Positions 9,782-19,793 of a stretch of 34,806 nt of DNA are shown here, one piece after another. The notes below the pieces were generated by a model, which had not been told where the DNA came from, made no database searches, and saw only the letters and a list, made by a program, of their open reading frames with translations. The position numbers and the translations under genes were made by a program. Every line of letters starts with the position of its first letter. Within the stretch, counting starts at the first letter, position 1. This DNA is from a virus (Duplodnaviria > Caudoviricetes): positions 1 through 34,806 of IMG/VR virus record IMGVR_UViG_3300030450_002974; one strand, 5' to 3'.

Positions 9782-10734
9782 TGGCTAGTAATGACGAGTC
9801 AAGTAAACCATTTAGTTTAATAAGATTAAATGTGCCTATAACAGATGCATTTACAGTGCCTCGAACAGGTGCTGATGCAGCGTCTAATATTCCTGGACAA
9901 CCTCTTGTGTTACAAAGTACTGGAGATGATGCTAATGTGCCTGTAGAACCTACTAATATATTTAGAAGTAATATGATTGTGTCTAAAAATGGTGGTCTTA
10001 TAATGCTGTCTCAGACAGACCAAGCATTAAGTTTAGGTAATATATCAGTATGGGATGATTCACCTAAAGATGTATGGAATCATACAAAAGCTGCAGAAAA
10101 ATTTAAACTAAGAACAAAAGATTTTGATTTAACAAGAACAGTTACAGGTAAAAGTACATATTCTGGCCCTAGTAGAAGGAAAAAGATTTATAAAATATAT
10201 GTAACATTTAAATGTCAAAGTTATATGTCAGGGATTAAAGTTAATTATGCAACTAATGGCTCTAATAGTTTTACAGGAACATTCCAAGATACTACATATT
10301 ATAGTAATACTAAAGGATTTGATGCATATAATGCTGGAACAAGCAGTAACGAATGGATAACAGTAGGATTAAAACCAACATCTAGTATTAATAATGTTTA
10401 TTCAATAGCATTACAGTTTAGTTATGCTAATGCTGGTCAAGTTTCAAAATTAACTGCAGGCAGTGCATCTGGAAGTTCTACAATTACTTTAGCTTCAAAT
10501 GCATCAAGCACTGATGACTATTATAATGGTATGCCTATATATTTTTATAGTGGAGCTGGGCAAGGGCAAATAAGAAGAATTAATGATTATAACGGAACAT
10601 CAAAGGTTGCCACTTTATCTTCAGCATTAACTTATGGAGCAGGGCTATCAACCGCATACGATTTAGGCTACATACATTCATCATTTCAAATAAACGATAT
10701 AAGTATAGTATATAGGGAGAAAAGTATTAAATAA
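9781..10734 (+). CDS. Tail nozzle-like protein, C-terminal part, with inserted beta domain
   Basis: LRTKDFD...PSRRKKIYKIYVTFK...YSIALQF...FQINDISIVYREK resembles the usual C-terminus of this protein class; TAATG coupling with the upstream ORF. Confidence 0.6.
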   Translation: MASNDESSKPFSLIRLNVPITDAFTVPRTGADAASNIPGQPLVLQSTGDDANVPVEPTNIFRSNMIVSKNGGLIMLSQTDQALSLGNISVWDDSPKDVWNHTKAAEKFKLRTKDFDLTRTVTGKSTYSGPSRRKKIYKIYVTFKCQSYMSGIKVNYATNGSNSFTGTFQDTTYYSNTKGFDAYNAGTSSNEWITVGLKPTSSINNVYSIALQFSYANAGQVSKLTAGSASGSSTITLASNASSTDDYYNGMPIYFYSGAGQGQIRRINDYNGTSKVATLSSALTYGAGLSTAYDLGYIHSSFQINDISIVYREKSIK

Positions 10735-11888
10735 TGGCTATTAAACAGTCAAGAGGAATAACTATAGGTAAAGGTACTCCGCAACGTCTTGAGGGACAAA
10801 ATGGAGATATGAGTATACGCTCATCCAGAAAAGGCTTAAAGTTATATGTAAAAGAATCTAATAAATGGCACAGTGTAGACCTTGATATAGACTTAAGACA
10901 AATAGCATCTACTGTTAGAAGGTTAGAAGACGAAGTTAAAAGATTGTCTACTAAAACAAATAACACCCCTGTTGTAGACAAATTGTTATTAAGACAGCCA
11001 GGGGGAGCGTCTGCAGTTGGTATACAAAACAAATCAGGTAACATAGCATTTAGAAATTCTACTGATAGTTCAGATATAAAATTAGGAACTGAATATTTAA
11101 ATGTTGCTGCTAATGTTAAAACATTATTAGATGGAGCTGATTTTGGTGCTGTTAAAACTTCTTTAACATTAAATAATGTAACTAATGAATCTAAAGGCAC
11201 TATGTTTACTAACTCTGTTTTTACAGGTGATACTACTGCAATAGAAGGAAATGCTATAACTATAGGAGCAACAGGAACTAATGCTATAGATATGTTAGGT
11301 GTTTCATTAACAGAACCAACTTCCCATACTGATTTAGTAACAATAAAACAGACTATAAACGCTACCGATGCTGAAACTGCTTATGACCATTATGTATTTA
11401 AAATGAATTTAAGAACACTAGATACCACAGAATTTAGAGATGTTTATTTGATGGATTTGCAGGCAGGCACAAATGATAACAGTACTACTGACAATACATC
11501 AAGATTTAGTGTAAAAGAAGATGGAAGTACCTCAATAGGAGGGTCCGTTTCATATAAACATACTGCATTTAGTACAGCAGGACCCACAGATAGCATAGAT
11601 GTTTCTGGGAAAACAGTATTAGAAGTAGACACATCAAGTAATAATGTAACTATAGGTGGATTTAGTGGCGGTGTACAAGGACAAGTATTATATATAGTTA
11701 AAACAGATACTACTAACTTTATACAATTAGAGCATAATGAAAGTCCTGCAGCAGGTTCACATCAAAAGATTTTCTTAACATCAGGTTCCGATGAAAGAGT
11801 AGTTGGTTATGGTGGTTATACACTTTATTGTAATGGAACTAATTGGTTTTCATTAAGCAACCCAACAGGAGCTGCAGATGCTGGATAA
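10734..11888 (+). CDS. Putative tail fibre/spike protein
   Basis: Short N-terminal domain (LYVKESNKW), coiled coil, then Thr/Gly-rich beta region ending TLYCNGTNWF. Confidence 0.55.
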   Translation: MAIKQSRGITIGKGTPQRLEGQNGDMSIRSSRKGLKLYVKESNKWHSVDLDIDLRQIASTVRRLEDEVKRLSTKTNNTPVVDKLLLRQPGGASAVGIQNKSGNIAFRNSTDSSDIKLGTEYLNVAANVKTLLDGADFGAVKTSLTLNNVTNESKGTMFTNSVFTGDTTAIEGNAITIGATGTNAIDMLGVSLTEPTSHTDLVTIKQTINATDAETAYDHYVFKMNLRTLDTTEFRDVYLMDLQAGTNDNSTTDNTSRFSVKEDGSTSIGGSVSYKHTAFSTAGPTDSIDVSGKTVLEVDTSSNNVTIGGFSGGVQGQVLYIVKTDTTNFIQLEHNESPAAGSHQKIFLTSGSDERVVGYGGYTLYCNGTNWFSLSNPTGAADAG

Positions 11889-11973
11889 TAAAACACTTGG
11901 AATATTAAAAAATATTTATTATGAATATTTAATTAATTTTTATAAATTACACACAGAACTATAAGGGAAAATT

Positions 11974-12858
11974 ATGGCACAACCATTCGCATTAGATAGA
12001 TTAGCATCAAAAGTAGGATTATCTCAAAAAAGAGCGCAACAAGATTATTTTGACGCAAGAGCTAGTGAAGCTACTGAATTGCTTGAAAAGCAATTAGATA
12101 AAATGAGGGAAAAAGCTTCTGAAAAAGGTGGTATTTTTGGTCAGTTTGGAAAGCATGCGGGATTAATGAAAACTTTAAGTACTGTTGCTTTAAATGCTAT
12201 ACCTGGTTTTGGACAAGCAGCGGCATTAGCTTTAAATGCTGCAGACTTAGCTAAATCTCAAGACGATATGAGCAAAAATATAAAAGCTATTGGAAAAACT
12301 GGCGGTGTACCATCTCGTTTTAAAGGAACTTTTCTAGAAAACTATCTTGAAGGTGGTAGGATGGGAGCGGCTAGCCAACTAAAAACATCTTTAAAAGGTG
12401 CAAAAATGACTAATTTACTAACTGGCCTTGCATCTTTAGTTCCGTCAGCATTAGGCGCTGCGGGACAGACGGGTGATTTGTTAAAACTTACATCAAAATC
12501 TTTAGACCCTGCCAGTGTAGCTAACAACATTATGGCAGGAACAGGTGGAAAGTCAAATATATTAAATATTGTAAACCCTACTGCACCAAGCAAATTTGGA
12601 AATCTTTTAAACAAAATAGGGCAAGGTGTTGTCCCAGGCACGTTAGGAACAACTACATTAGAAGATTTAATAAACCCTCTTATAAATACTGGTATTAAAG
12701 ATAAAACATTAGGTGGAAAGATTATTAAAGGAGTTGCTGAGTCAGCATTAACTCCAATGAGTTATGCTCCTTTATTGCAAGATTTATATCAAAGTTATCT
12801 TACAAAACCAACTGAAGAACCAGTTATGACAAGAGCGCAAGCTCCTAAATTTTACTAA
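11974..12858 (+). CDS. Internal virion (ejection) protein
   Basis: Gly/Ala/Leu-rich helical sequence with hydrophobic VALNAIPGFGQAAALAL; first gene after the tail genes. Confidence 0.55.
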   Translation: MAQPFALDRLASKVGLSQKRAQQDYFDARASEATELLEKQLDKMREKASEKGGIFGQFGKHAGLMKTLSTVALNAIPGFGQAAALALNAADLAKSQDDMSKNIKAIGKTGGVPSRFKGTFLENYLEGGRMGAASQLKTSLKGAKMTNLLTGLASLVPSALGAAGQTGDLLKLTSKSLDPASVANNIMAGTGGKSNILNIVNPTAPSKFGNLLNKIGQGVVPGTLGTTTLEDLINPLINTGIKDKTLGGKIIKGVAESALTPMSYAPLLQDLYQSYLTKPTEEPVMTRAQAPKFY

Positions 12859-12868
12859 AAGGATTAAT

Positions 12869-13591
12869 ATGGCCAGTGTATTAGATTATTTACTACCAAA
12901 ATCATTTATGTCAGATGTACAAACTACATTTAGACCAAAATCATTTAATAGATTGCAGGCAAGTGAGTTTACTCCAGGATTTCATGACCCAACACCTTTT
13001 GAAAAGTATGGGTTTTGGATGGATGAAGGGCAAGCTCCAACACAAGAAGCTTATAGAATGTTTTCGGAAGGAAGTGAAACAGAAAGAGAAAGATTAGCTA
13101 AAGCTTCTGGATTTACTGGTTCTGAAGGTGTAATGAATTATCTAAAAGCATTGGTAGACCCTCAAAGCGACTTTTTTGGATTTAAATCAAAAGAAAATTT
13201 ACAGCCAGATGTTAACATATTTGGAGGTCAATCATTAGCAGAAGGGTTTGAAAGGTCGGGAGTCTATGATTTTGACCCTGCAATGGCAAAACCAATGCAA
13301 CTATCTACTCTTAGAGATATAGACCCTGGTAGTTATTCTAAAGAGGTTGCTACAAAAAGAGGAACATTGGCAGATTCCTTGTCTAGACAAAGAGCAAAAG
13401 CTTCACAAATTGGTGGTGGTTTTGCAGGCTATGGTAGTAGAGCTGTAGCGCAAGATTTAGCTGAACAGCAGTTTGCACAAGGCTCTCAAGGTATTATGGA
13501 AGATGTAAATAAACAAAGAGCAGATGCTTTACAGCAATTATATTCTGAATTAGAAGGTTATGGTTCAATTATAGGCGAAATGAACCAATAG
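12869..13591 (+). CDS. Internal virion (ejection) protein
   Basis: C-terminal GGGFAGYG followed by Gln/Ala-rich helices; position in the ejection cluster. Confidence 0.55.
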   Translation: MASVLDYLLPKSFMSDVQTTFRPKSFNRLQASEFTPGFHDPTPFEKYGFWMDEGQAPTQEAYRMFSEGSETERERLAKASGFTGSEGVMNYLKALVDPQSDFFGFKSKENLQPDVNIFGGQSLAEGFERSGVYDFDPAMAKPMQLSTLRDIDPGSYSKEVATKRGTLADSLSRQRAKASQIGGGFAGYGSRAVAQDLAEQQFAQGSQGIMEDVNKQRADALQQLYSELEGYGSIIGEMNQ

Positions 13592-13599
13592 GAGGGTAA

Positions 13600-16245
13600 A
13601 TGGCCAAAGTATTACCTGCAGGAGCAAATGTAAATTTAGGGTTAGGTGAAGACCCAATGGATAGACTTCTAAAAACTATCCAAGTAGCATCTCAAGCACA
13701 AGGTGTTATGAATCAAGCAACACTCCAACGTGATAGACGTGAAGCTATTAAATTAGAATCAATGCAAAAAATGATGGCTTATCAACTTTCAAATATGGAT
13801 TCTCAAAACACTACCAGTATTGAAGGGACTAAAAATTCTTTAGTTGAATTAAGAGACCAATTTAAAAAAGAAAACCCAAGACTTTCAGAGGATATCGATG
13901 TATTTTATGGAGCTACATATGCTTCACAGATAAAACCTATTGAAGAAGTGCATACTCGTTTTAATCGAATTAAAGATAGATTACACCTTTCTGTTGAAAA
14001 TCTTAATCAAAATGTTCAAGCTTTACCTGATAACACGATTATAGCATCAGATGAATTAAAATTTAAAGATGAGTTAGCTGGCCTGCAGGATGTTTTAAAT
14101 GAATACAAAATTAACTCTGGCGAGTTTTCTAAATTTCTTCCAGATTTAAATTCAAGCCTATACTCAGAGGTTGTTGCCGCTAATAACTTAGCAACAGTGC
14201 TTCCAGGAGAATTGAAGGGTCTTTTTGATGATTATGAACAAGATTTAGCTGGTATGTTAGGTAGGGGCGAAATCTCTCTGGAATACTATAAAGCTGCACA
14301 CAATAAATATTTTACAGCAACTCAAGGCAAAGTTAACTCAAAAATTATACCTAGAATTTCTGGAGAAATAAATGCTTTATGGAAAGATTATCAAGAGCCA
14401 AACGCATTTAAGGAAGCAATTGCATCAGGTACAGTGCCTCTTCAAAGCGATGCTATTAAAAACCAAAAGCATTACTATGATGAAGCTAGTGGAATATATT
14501 ATTTTGAGGGGCAACCATTAAATTCTGGTAAGTATGGAGACAAAACTTATGATGACAAGAATCCTGATGAATGGTTAGCTAAGGCTAAAGAAAATGCACA
14601 AAAAACACTGGAAAATATTTATTTAAATGATATTAAGGACAAAATAACTGAACAAGATGCGCTTTATAAAGAGTATGTCCTAGGTAGAGACGGTGAAGCA
14701 TCTTCTTACGCAACTGTACTAACTAATAGCCAAAAATGGCCTTGGCAAGAAGCAACTTCAGGAGGGTTTATTGAAGACATCCTTGATGGTGATAAAGGAA
14801 AAGACTCAATACAATTAGAAAATTTAGATGATTTTACAAAGTTAGGTATCAATGTACCAGAAAATTTAACTTTAGACGATTTAAACTCTATGGAAGCCGA
14901 GATTACAAAAATGGCTGAGGATGAATCTGATGGTGGCAATTTTATTAAACTTCAGTCTCTAACAAGAGCTAATAATGCCATAGGAAATGCTAAAGCAAAA
15001 TTAGAAGCAAGTGAAACAAAAAAAAGTGAAACAGATGAATCAGGAATGACTTATTCTTCTATAACAGATTTTGTAATAGATTATGGAAAAGAGTATGGAG
15101 ATGAAGCTGCAGGGGTTGCCACTATTGGTGTAGGAGCTTACAATATACCTAAAGTTAACAAAGCTATTAAGTTAGCTACAAGTTATATAACTAAAACTTT
15201 AGATTTACCTAGTGACAGTGTAATAGATTTATTTAACGATGCTGATTTCAAACAAGTAAGTAAACAATTGGCATCTATAGATAAAAGAATATTAGCATTT
15301 AAAAAAACCCTCCCTGAAGGAGCTTCTATGGACTTTAAAGTTGGTTCTAAAAACTTTATTACATATAAAGCTTTATTGCAAGAAAAGAAACAAATAGTTG
15401 AAAATTCTAAACATGCTAAAAACTTAATTACTAAAATGGAAGCAGGCCATTTTCCTGATATGAAAGTTGATGTTGATATAGTAAAGCCCGAACCATTTAA
15501 TATGAAAAAACCGCCTAAAGGAGCAGGGGCAGAAGCTATTGCTGAATATAATAAGGCCAAAAAACTTCATCAAATAAAAATGAGAGAATATAACCTGAAT
15601 TTATCTTCTAGTAAGTCGCAATTTAGAAAAAAAATTATGAATTTCTTAATAGAATCTGATAAATGGGATGTAAATGCAATAAAAAGAACAGTAACTAAAA
15701 GTGTAAAAGAAGCTTATAGAACTCCTAAAGATTTATATAATGTTTTAACACAAGGGGCTGTAAAAGTTGGTCCATTAGATGCAGCCATTCATGCTTGGTT
15801 TTTAATGCCTGAAGATGCTGAAATAGGATATAAAGTATCAGCGGCAGGGGTTGCGGGTATGACAACAAAAGGAATTATTAATTATGCTAAGAAGAAAGGC
15901 ATTTCTCCATTTTTAAATGACAAAAAATTAACAAGTAAATTAGGTAAATTTTTAATAAAACAAGCTCCAGGCACTATGGCTAAAATGGGTTTTAAAGGTG
16001 TAGCAGGGGCAGTTGCAGCTGGAAGTGGTATTGGCTCAGCTATATCCGCAGCTATGCTGGCTTGGACATTAAACGATATTAGAATACTTGTAAAACAATT
16101 TCCTGAAATAAGGCAAATGCTTTCAGAATCTATTGCAAGACAAGAATCTGGTGAATTAGATATGCCTAACAAAGAAGAAACAGAACAACCTCCTGTAATA
16201 AACGAACAAAATTGGATGAAACCATACTCTCAGCAAGGAGAATAG
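13600..16245 (+). CDS. Large internal virion (ejection) protein
   Basis: 881 aa, helical; C-terminal hydrophobic hairpin (GVAGAVAAGSGIGSAISAAMLAWTL); GGAGG SD. Confidence 0.55.
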   Translation: MAKVLPAGANVNLGLGEDPMDRLLKTIQVASQAQGVMNQATLQRDRREAIKLESMQKMMAYQLSNMDSQNTTSIEGTKNSLVELRDQFKKENPRLSEDIDVFYGATYASQIKPIEEVHTRFNRIKDRLHLSVENLNQNVQALPDNTIIASDELKFKDELAGLQDVLNEYKINSGEFSKFLPDLNSSLYSEVVAANNLATVLPGELKGLFDDYEQDLAGMLGRGEISLEYYKAAHNKYFTATQGKVNSKIIPRISGEINALWKDYQEPNAFKEAIASGTVPLQSDAIKNQKHYYDEASGIYYFEGQPLNSGKYGDKTYDDKNPDEWLAKAKENAQKTLENIYLNDIKDKITEQDALYKEYVLGRDGEASSYATVLTNSQKWPWQEATSGGFIEDILDGDKGKDSIQLENLDDFTKLGINVPENLTLDDLNSMEAEITKMAEDESDGGNFIKLQSLTRANNAIGNAKAKLEASETKKSETDESGMTYSSITDFVIDYGKEYGDEAAGVATIGVGAYNIPKVNKAIKLATSYITKTLDLPSDSVIDLFNDADFKQVSKQLASIDKRILAFKKTLPEGASMDFKVGSKNFITYKALLQEKKQIVENSKHAKNLITKMEAGHFPDMKVDVDIVKPEPFNMKKPPKGAGAEAIAEYNKAKKLHQIKMREYNLNLSSSKSQFRKKIMNFLIESDKWDVNAIKRTVTKSVKEAYRTPKDLYNVLTQGAVKVGPLDAAIHAWFLMPEDAEIGYKVSAAGVAGMTTKGIINYAKKKGISPFLNDKKLTSKLGKFLIKQAPGTMAKMGFKGVAGAVAAGSGIGSAISAAMLAWTLNDIRILVKQFPEIRQMLSESIARQESGELDMPNKEETEQPPVINEQNWMKPYSQQGE

Positions 16246-16249
16246 CTAT

Positions 16250-19200
16250 ATGCCAGTAAGTCCTCAAAGTGCTATAGAACAGCTAAGAGAACGATTTCCT
16301 CATTATAAAGACTTATCAGATGAGCATGTTTATCGTATAGCAAGAAGAGATTATCCTGACGCACCAATACAAGATTGGCCAGAATCTGGATATGTTGCCC
16401 CTAAACAATCTAGCCCTGATGACATATACCTTGACAAGACTGATGAAGATACTTTTTTAGATTACTTTAATTGGGGTATTGATGAAGACAGTTCTTACTT
16501 GGCAAGGCTTGCATATACTCGTTCATTACAAGGTATGGCTTCAGACTTTTTAAGAGGGGAAGCAAAATTCAAACTTGAAAGACAGCCCGCTATTTGGGAA
16601 GAAGCTGTAGCTGGAATATTGGCGTATGCACAACCTTTAGATTTACTTAGCCTGTATGGAGGAGGTAGTATAGTTGGTAAAGCTTTTGTTAAATCTTCAC
16701 TAGGGAAAGGTGCTACAGACTACCTAACAAAAGGTATCATTAAAATGTCTCCTAAAGCAAAATATAGCGAAGTTAGTCGTGCTGTTGCTGGTATTTTAGG
16801 TTCAGAGATGGCTTATGTCCCTTACGAGGGAGCTAAAGCCAATATGTTTGCAAGAACGCTTCATATGCAAAATCCTGGTATGGACCCACTCACACCTGAA
16901 GAAATTCAAAAAGAAACTTTTGCAGGAGTTGTTCATGGTGGAGTCATGGGTGTTTTAGGTGGTAGCGCAAGGCCCTTTTTAGCTGCTAAACACGCAGGAG
17001 TATTAAGACAAATAGATAAACTAGAGCTTAAAAAAGCACTCACTTCTGGGCAACAGAAACAATTATTTTCATTAAAAAATAAAGTAAAATATACTGGAAA
17101 CTTAGGGCAATACGCTAGTGAAGTAGCTGGACTAACAGCTGGTGATGTGGCTGGAACTGCAGTGGCATATGGGCAAATGAAATCAATGGAAGAATTAGCG
17201 GTTACAGTAGCTACTATGGGAGGCTTTGCAGGTGTAACAAGACTTACAAGTTACGGGTTAAATAGGATTGTTGATGAACCCTTAACAAAAGCTTATGAAA
17301 AATATGAAATTGAACATCAAAAAAGGCAAAAAGAGTTAGATGCTGAAGATAATGTTATAAGAGATATGCATGAAAAAGCTAAATCACAAGACGATAGCGC
17401 TATTGAATCAAGAGCTATGGATGATGTAGAGAGTGATTCAGCCCCATCATCCAATAAACCCAGAATTGCATGGGAAGATACTCCTGAATATAAAGAATAT
17501 CAACAGCTTATTAAAGATAAAGAAAGTTTTATGTCAATGAGAGACAAACTAAGAGACGAAGATGCTTTAGACTTTCTAAAAGAAAAATATAACATAGCTT
17601 TAAGAATCGCAAATTTTATAGATAATTCTGGATATAATAAAGCTAAAGATGGGGTTAATGGAATACATGAGTGGTTAAGGGATGGTGCTAGGAAAATTGA
17701 AAATTCTCTTGAACAAAAAAAAGGTGATATGCCATCACAAATTCAAAACTTGCAATTCAAATTAAAACAAGAGTTTGATATAGAGACAATTAAAGTTGAC
17801 GATGGTACTGGGAATTTGATTGATGTTGATATTTCTGAGGCGCAAAAATATATGCCTGGAGATACTCCTATAGAAAAACAAACAAACCTATTAAATAAAG
17901 CACAAGAACTATATAACAATGTTGAGCAAAGTCAAACTAAAAGAATCTCTAAAAAGTATGAGCAAAATGAACGAGAAGTAATTTCTCTGAGCAAAGACAA
18001 AAATGAAATACAAAAGTCTATTGATGATTTAAAAGGAAGATTAAACGAAGATATGCCAGAAAAAAGACGTAATGAACTGGCGACCGAATTATCTGAACAC
18101 GAAAATTCTTTAGCCTTTTTAAATGAAATAGATGAGGAAATTAATAAGATAAACAAAAGTAATTCTTTAACTACTAATTCTAAAAATAAGTATACGTTAA
18201 ATTTTGATTTATTAAAAACATTTATATCAACACAATATGCTGATTTACCTGTAAGACCCGCAACTAAAAAATCAAGAGCAAAAGCATTAATTTCATTTAT
18301 TAAAAAAGTTAACAAGGAGACAGATTCTAAATTAACAGCGCTTAATGAGAATAGACTTGTGAAACTTGCCAGAGAAATGTTTAAAAGTGATGCTTCAGCA
18401 TTAACTGATTTTTTAAAATTTTTAGACAAAAAAGGTGCTTTACCTAGAGAGTTGCAAGGTATTGGTGATGATATATTTAAAGTATCAAAAAAACAAGGGG
18501 GTAGAACAACCCCTAGAGGGCTATTAACTAGCGATGTAAAAGGTGGTGGCGGGCTAGACATTGTAACAAGTAAAACTGGTACAAGAAAAAATATTGACTG
18601 GTCTGATACTAAAAGTAAACATTCTAATTTAGATACAAAATCTTTACTAAAAAAAGTAATTAAATTAGTTCAAGACAAGTCTAATAAAGTTATAGCATAT
18701 ATGAATAATAAAAAAGTAGAATATGAGTCTATATTTTTTATAAAAAAACAGGAGGGTGATGATTTTATAAATGTTGCTCTTTCGGGTGATACGGTAACAG
18801 AGTTATCAAAACAACTTTTTGGCGGTAAAGTTACAGGAAAAAGTTTTAGAAAATCGTTTTCTACTTGGGTTGACAATCAATATGGTTCAACAAGTGACCA
18901 ATTTCAATTAGTGGATTATTTTGGATTGACTCATAGAGATGTTAATAAAAAAATATATCAATCTTATCAATCTAAATTTTCTTCAACTGGAGATGGGATG
19001 CCTACAGGAAAATATTTAGATATGTTTAAATCTCTTCAAAAAGAATATCAAGATTTAATATTTAATAGTGTTACTTCTGAACAAATGAAAAAAATGAAAA
19101 ATGCACAACTTAAAAAATATGGCTTAACAGAAGGTAACTTAGATTTAGCAGGAGCAGTTTCTATTTACAGGCTTAAAAAAGGTTTTGAAAATATTGCGCT

Positions 19201-19783
19201 TATATCAAAAGCTGCTGATAAAGATGGATTTATTTCTATTGAACCTACAAATGTTAAGGGAAGAAAGGCTGATGTTTATAAAATACATGAAAACGTATTA
19301 GAGGCAACTTTTAGGACAATGTCAGAAGGTTCATCAAGAATAATTGAACAGTTTGGAAATATTGAAACACAAAATATATTAGGTATACCTATATCTAAAA
19401 AATTCGCTCCACTTGAAGAGCTTTTACAAAAAGCTGGAGTTATACAGTATGCAACACAATTGGAAGCCAAAAACCAAGAATTTAGCTTTACAAAGAAACA
19501 AATAGATGTATTCAGAGAAAGTTCTTTAGAAAGAAACGCAATAGATAATAAAAAATCTTTAAGAGCTAAAGCTAAAATATTGTTAGCTGGAAATATGAAT
19601 AAAGAGGTTACACGAAAAAATTTAGGAAACAAAGCTTATGAAAGTAAGTTGAAAGATGTTCTACTTAAGAGTAAAATATTAACAAAAGATGAAATTAACA
19701 GCATGAAATCAATTAGCTTACAGGACGATATAATTGATGAATCTGTTTTACAAAGATTAATTAAACATACAAATTGTAATTAA
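16250..19783 (+). CDS. Large internal virion protein with an embedded tyrosine-recombinase-like domain
   Basis: N-terminal LRERFPHYKDLSDE motif and Gly/Ala hydrophobic helices. Residues ~665-910 carry GGR...LLTSDV, SKTG, GKSFRKSFSTW, GLTH...Y..Y. Confidence 0.6.
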   Translation: MPVSPQSAIEQLRERFPHYKDLSDEHVYRIARRDYPDAPIQDWPESGYVAPKQSSPDDIYLDKTDEDTFLDYFNWGIDEDSSYLARLAYTRSLQGMASDFLRGEAKFKLERQPAIWEEAVAGILAYAQPLDLLSLYGGGSIVGKAFVKSSLGKGATDYLTKGIIKMSPKAKYSEVSRAVAGILGSEMAYVPYEGAKANMFARTLHMQNPGMDPLTPEEIQKETFAGVVHGGVMGVLGGSARPFLAAKHAGVLRQIDKLELKKALTSGQQKQLFSLKNKVKYTGNLGQYASEVAGLTAGDVAGTAVAYGQMKSMEELAVTVATMGGFAGVTRLTSYGLNRIVDEPLTKAYEKYEIEHQKRQKELDAEDNVIRDMHEKAKSQDDSAIESRAMDDVESDSAPSSNKPRIAWEDTPEYKEYQQLIKDKESFMSMRDKLRDEDALDFLKEKYNIALRIANFIDNSGYNKAKDGVNGIHEWLRDGARKIENSLEQKKGDMPSQIQNLQFKLKQEFDIETIKVDDGTGNLIDVDISEAQKYMPGDTPIEKQTNLLNKAQELYNNVEQSQTKRISKKYEQNEREVISLSKDKNEIQKSIDDLKGRLNEDMPEKRRNELATELSEHENSLAFLNEIDEEINKINKSNSLTTNSKNKYTLNFDLLKTFISTQYADLPVRPATKKSRAKALISFIKKVNKETDSKLTALNENRLVKLAREMFKSDASALTDFLKFLDKKGALPRELQGIGDDIFKVSKKQGGRTTPRGLLTSDVKGGGGLDIVTSKTGTRKNIDWSDTKSKHSNLDTKSLLKKVIKLVQDKSNKVIAYMNNKKVEYESIFFIKKQEGDDFINVALSGDTVTELSKQLFGGKVTGKSFRKSFSTWVDNQYGSTSDQFQLVDYFGLTHRDVNKKIYQSYQSKFSSTGDGMPTGKYLDMFKSLQKEYQDLIFNSVTSEQMKKMKNAQLKKYGLTEGNLDLAGAVSIYRLKKGFENIALISKAADKDGFISIEPTNVKGRKADVYKIHENVLEATFRTMSEGSSRIIEQFGNIETQNILGIPISKKFAPLEELLQKAGVIQYATQLEAKNQEFSFTKKQIDVFRESSLERNAIDNKKSLRAKAKILLAGNMNKEVTRKNLGNKAYESKLKDVLLKSKILTKDEINSMKSISLQDDIIDESVLQRLIKHTNCN

Positions 19784-19793
19784 AGGTTATTAA

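Noticed and set aside
11889-11973. AT-rich gap before the ejection genes as a promoter (TTGGAA-N17-TATGAA)
   Set aside because: Weak -10 match in very AT-rich DNA; plausible but not supportable.
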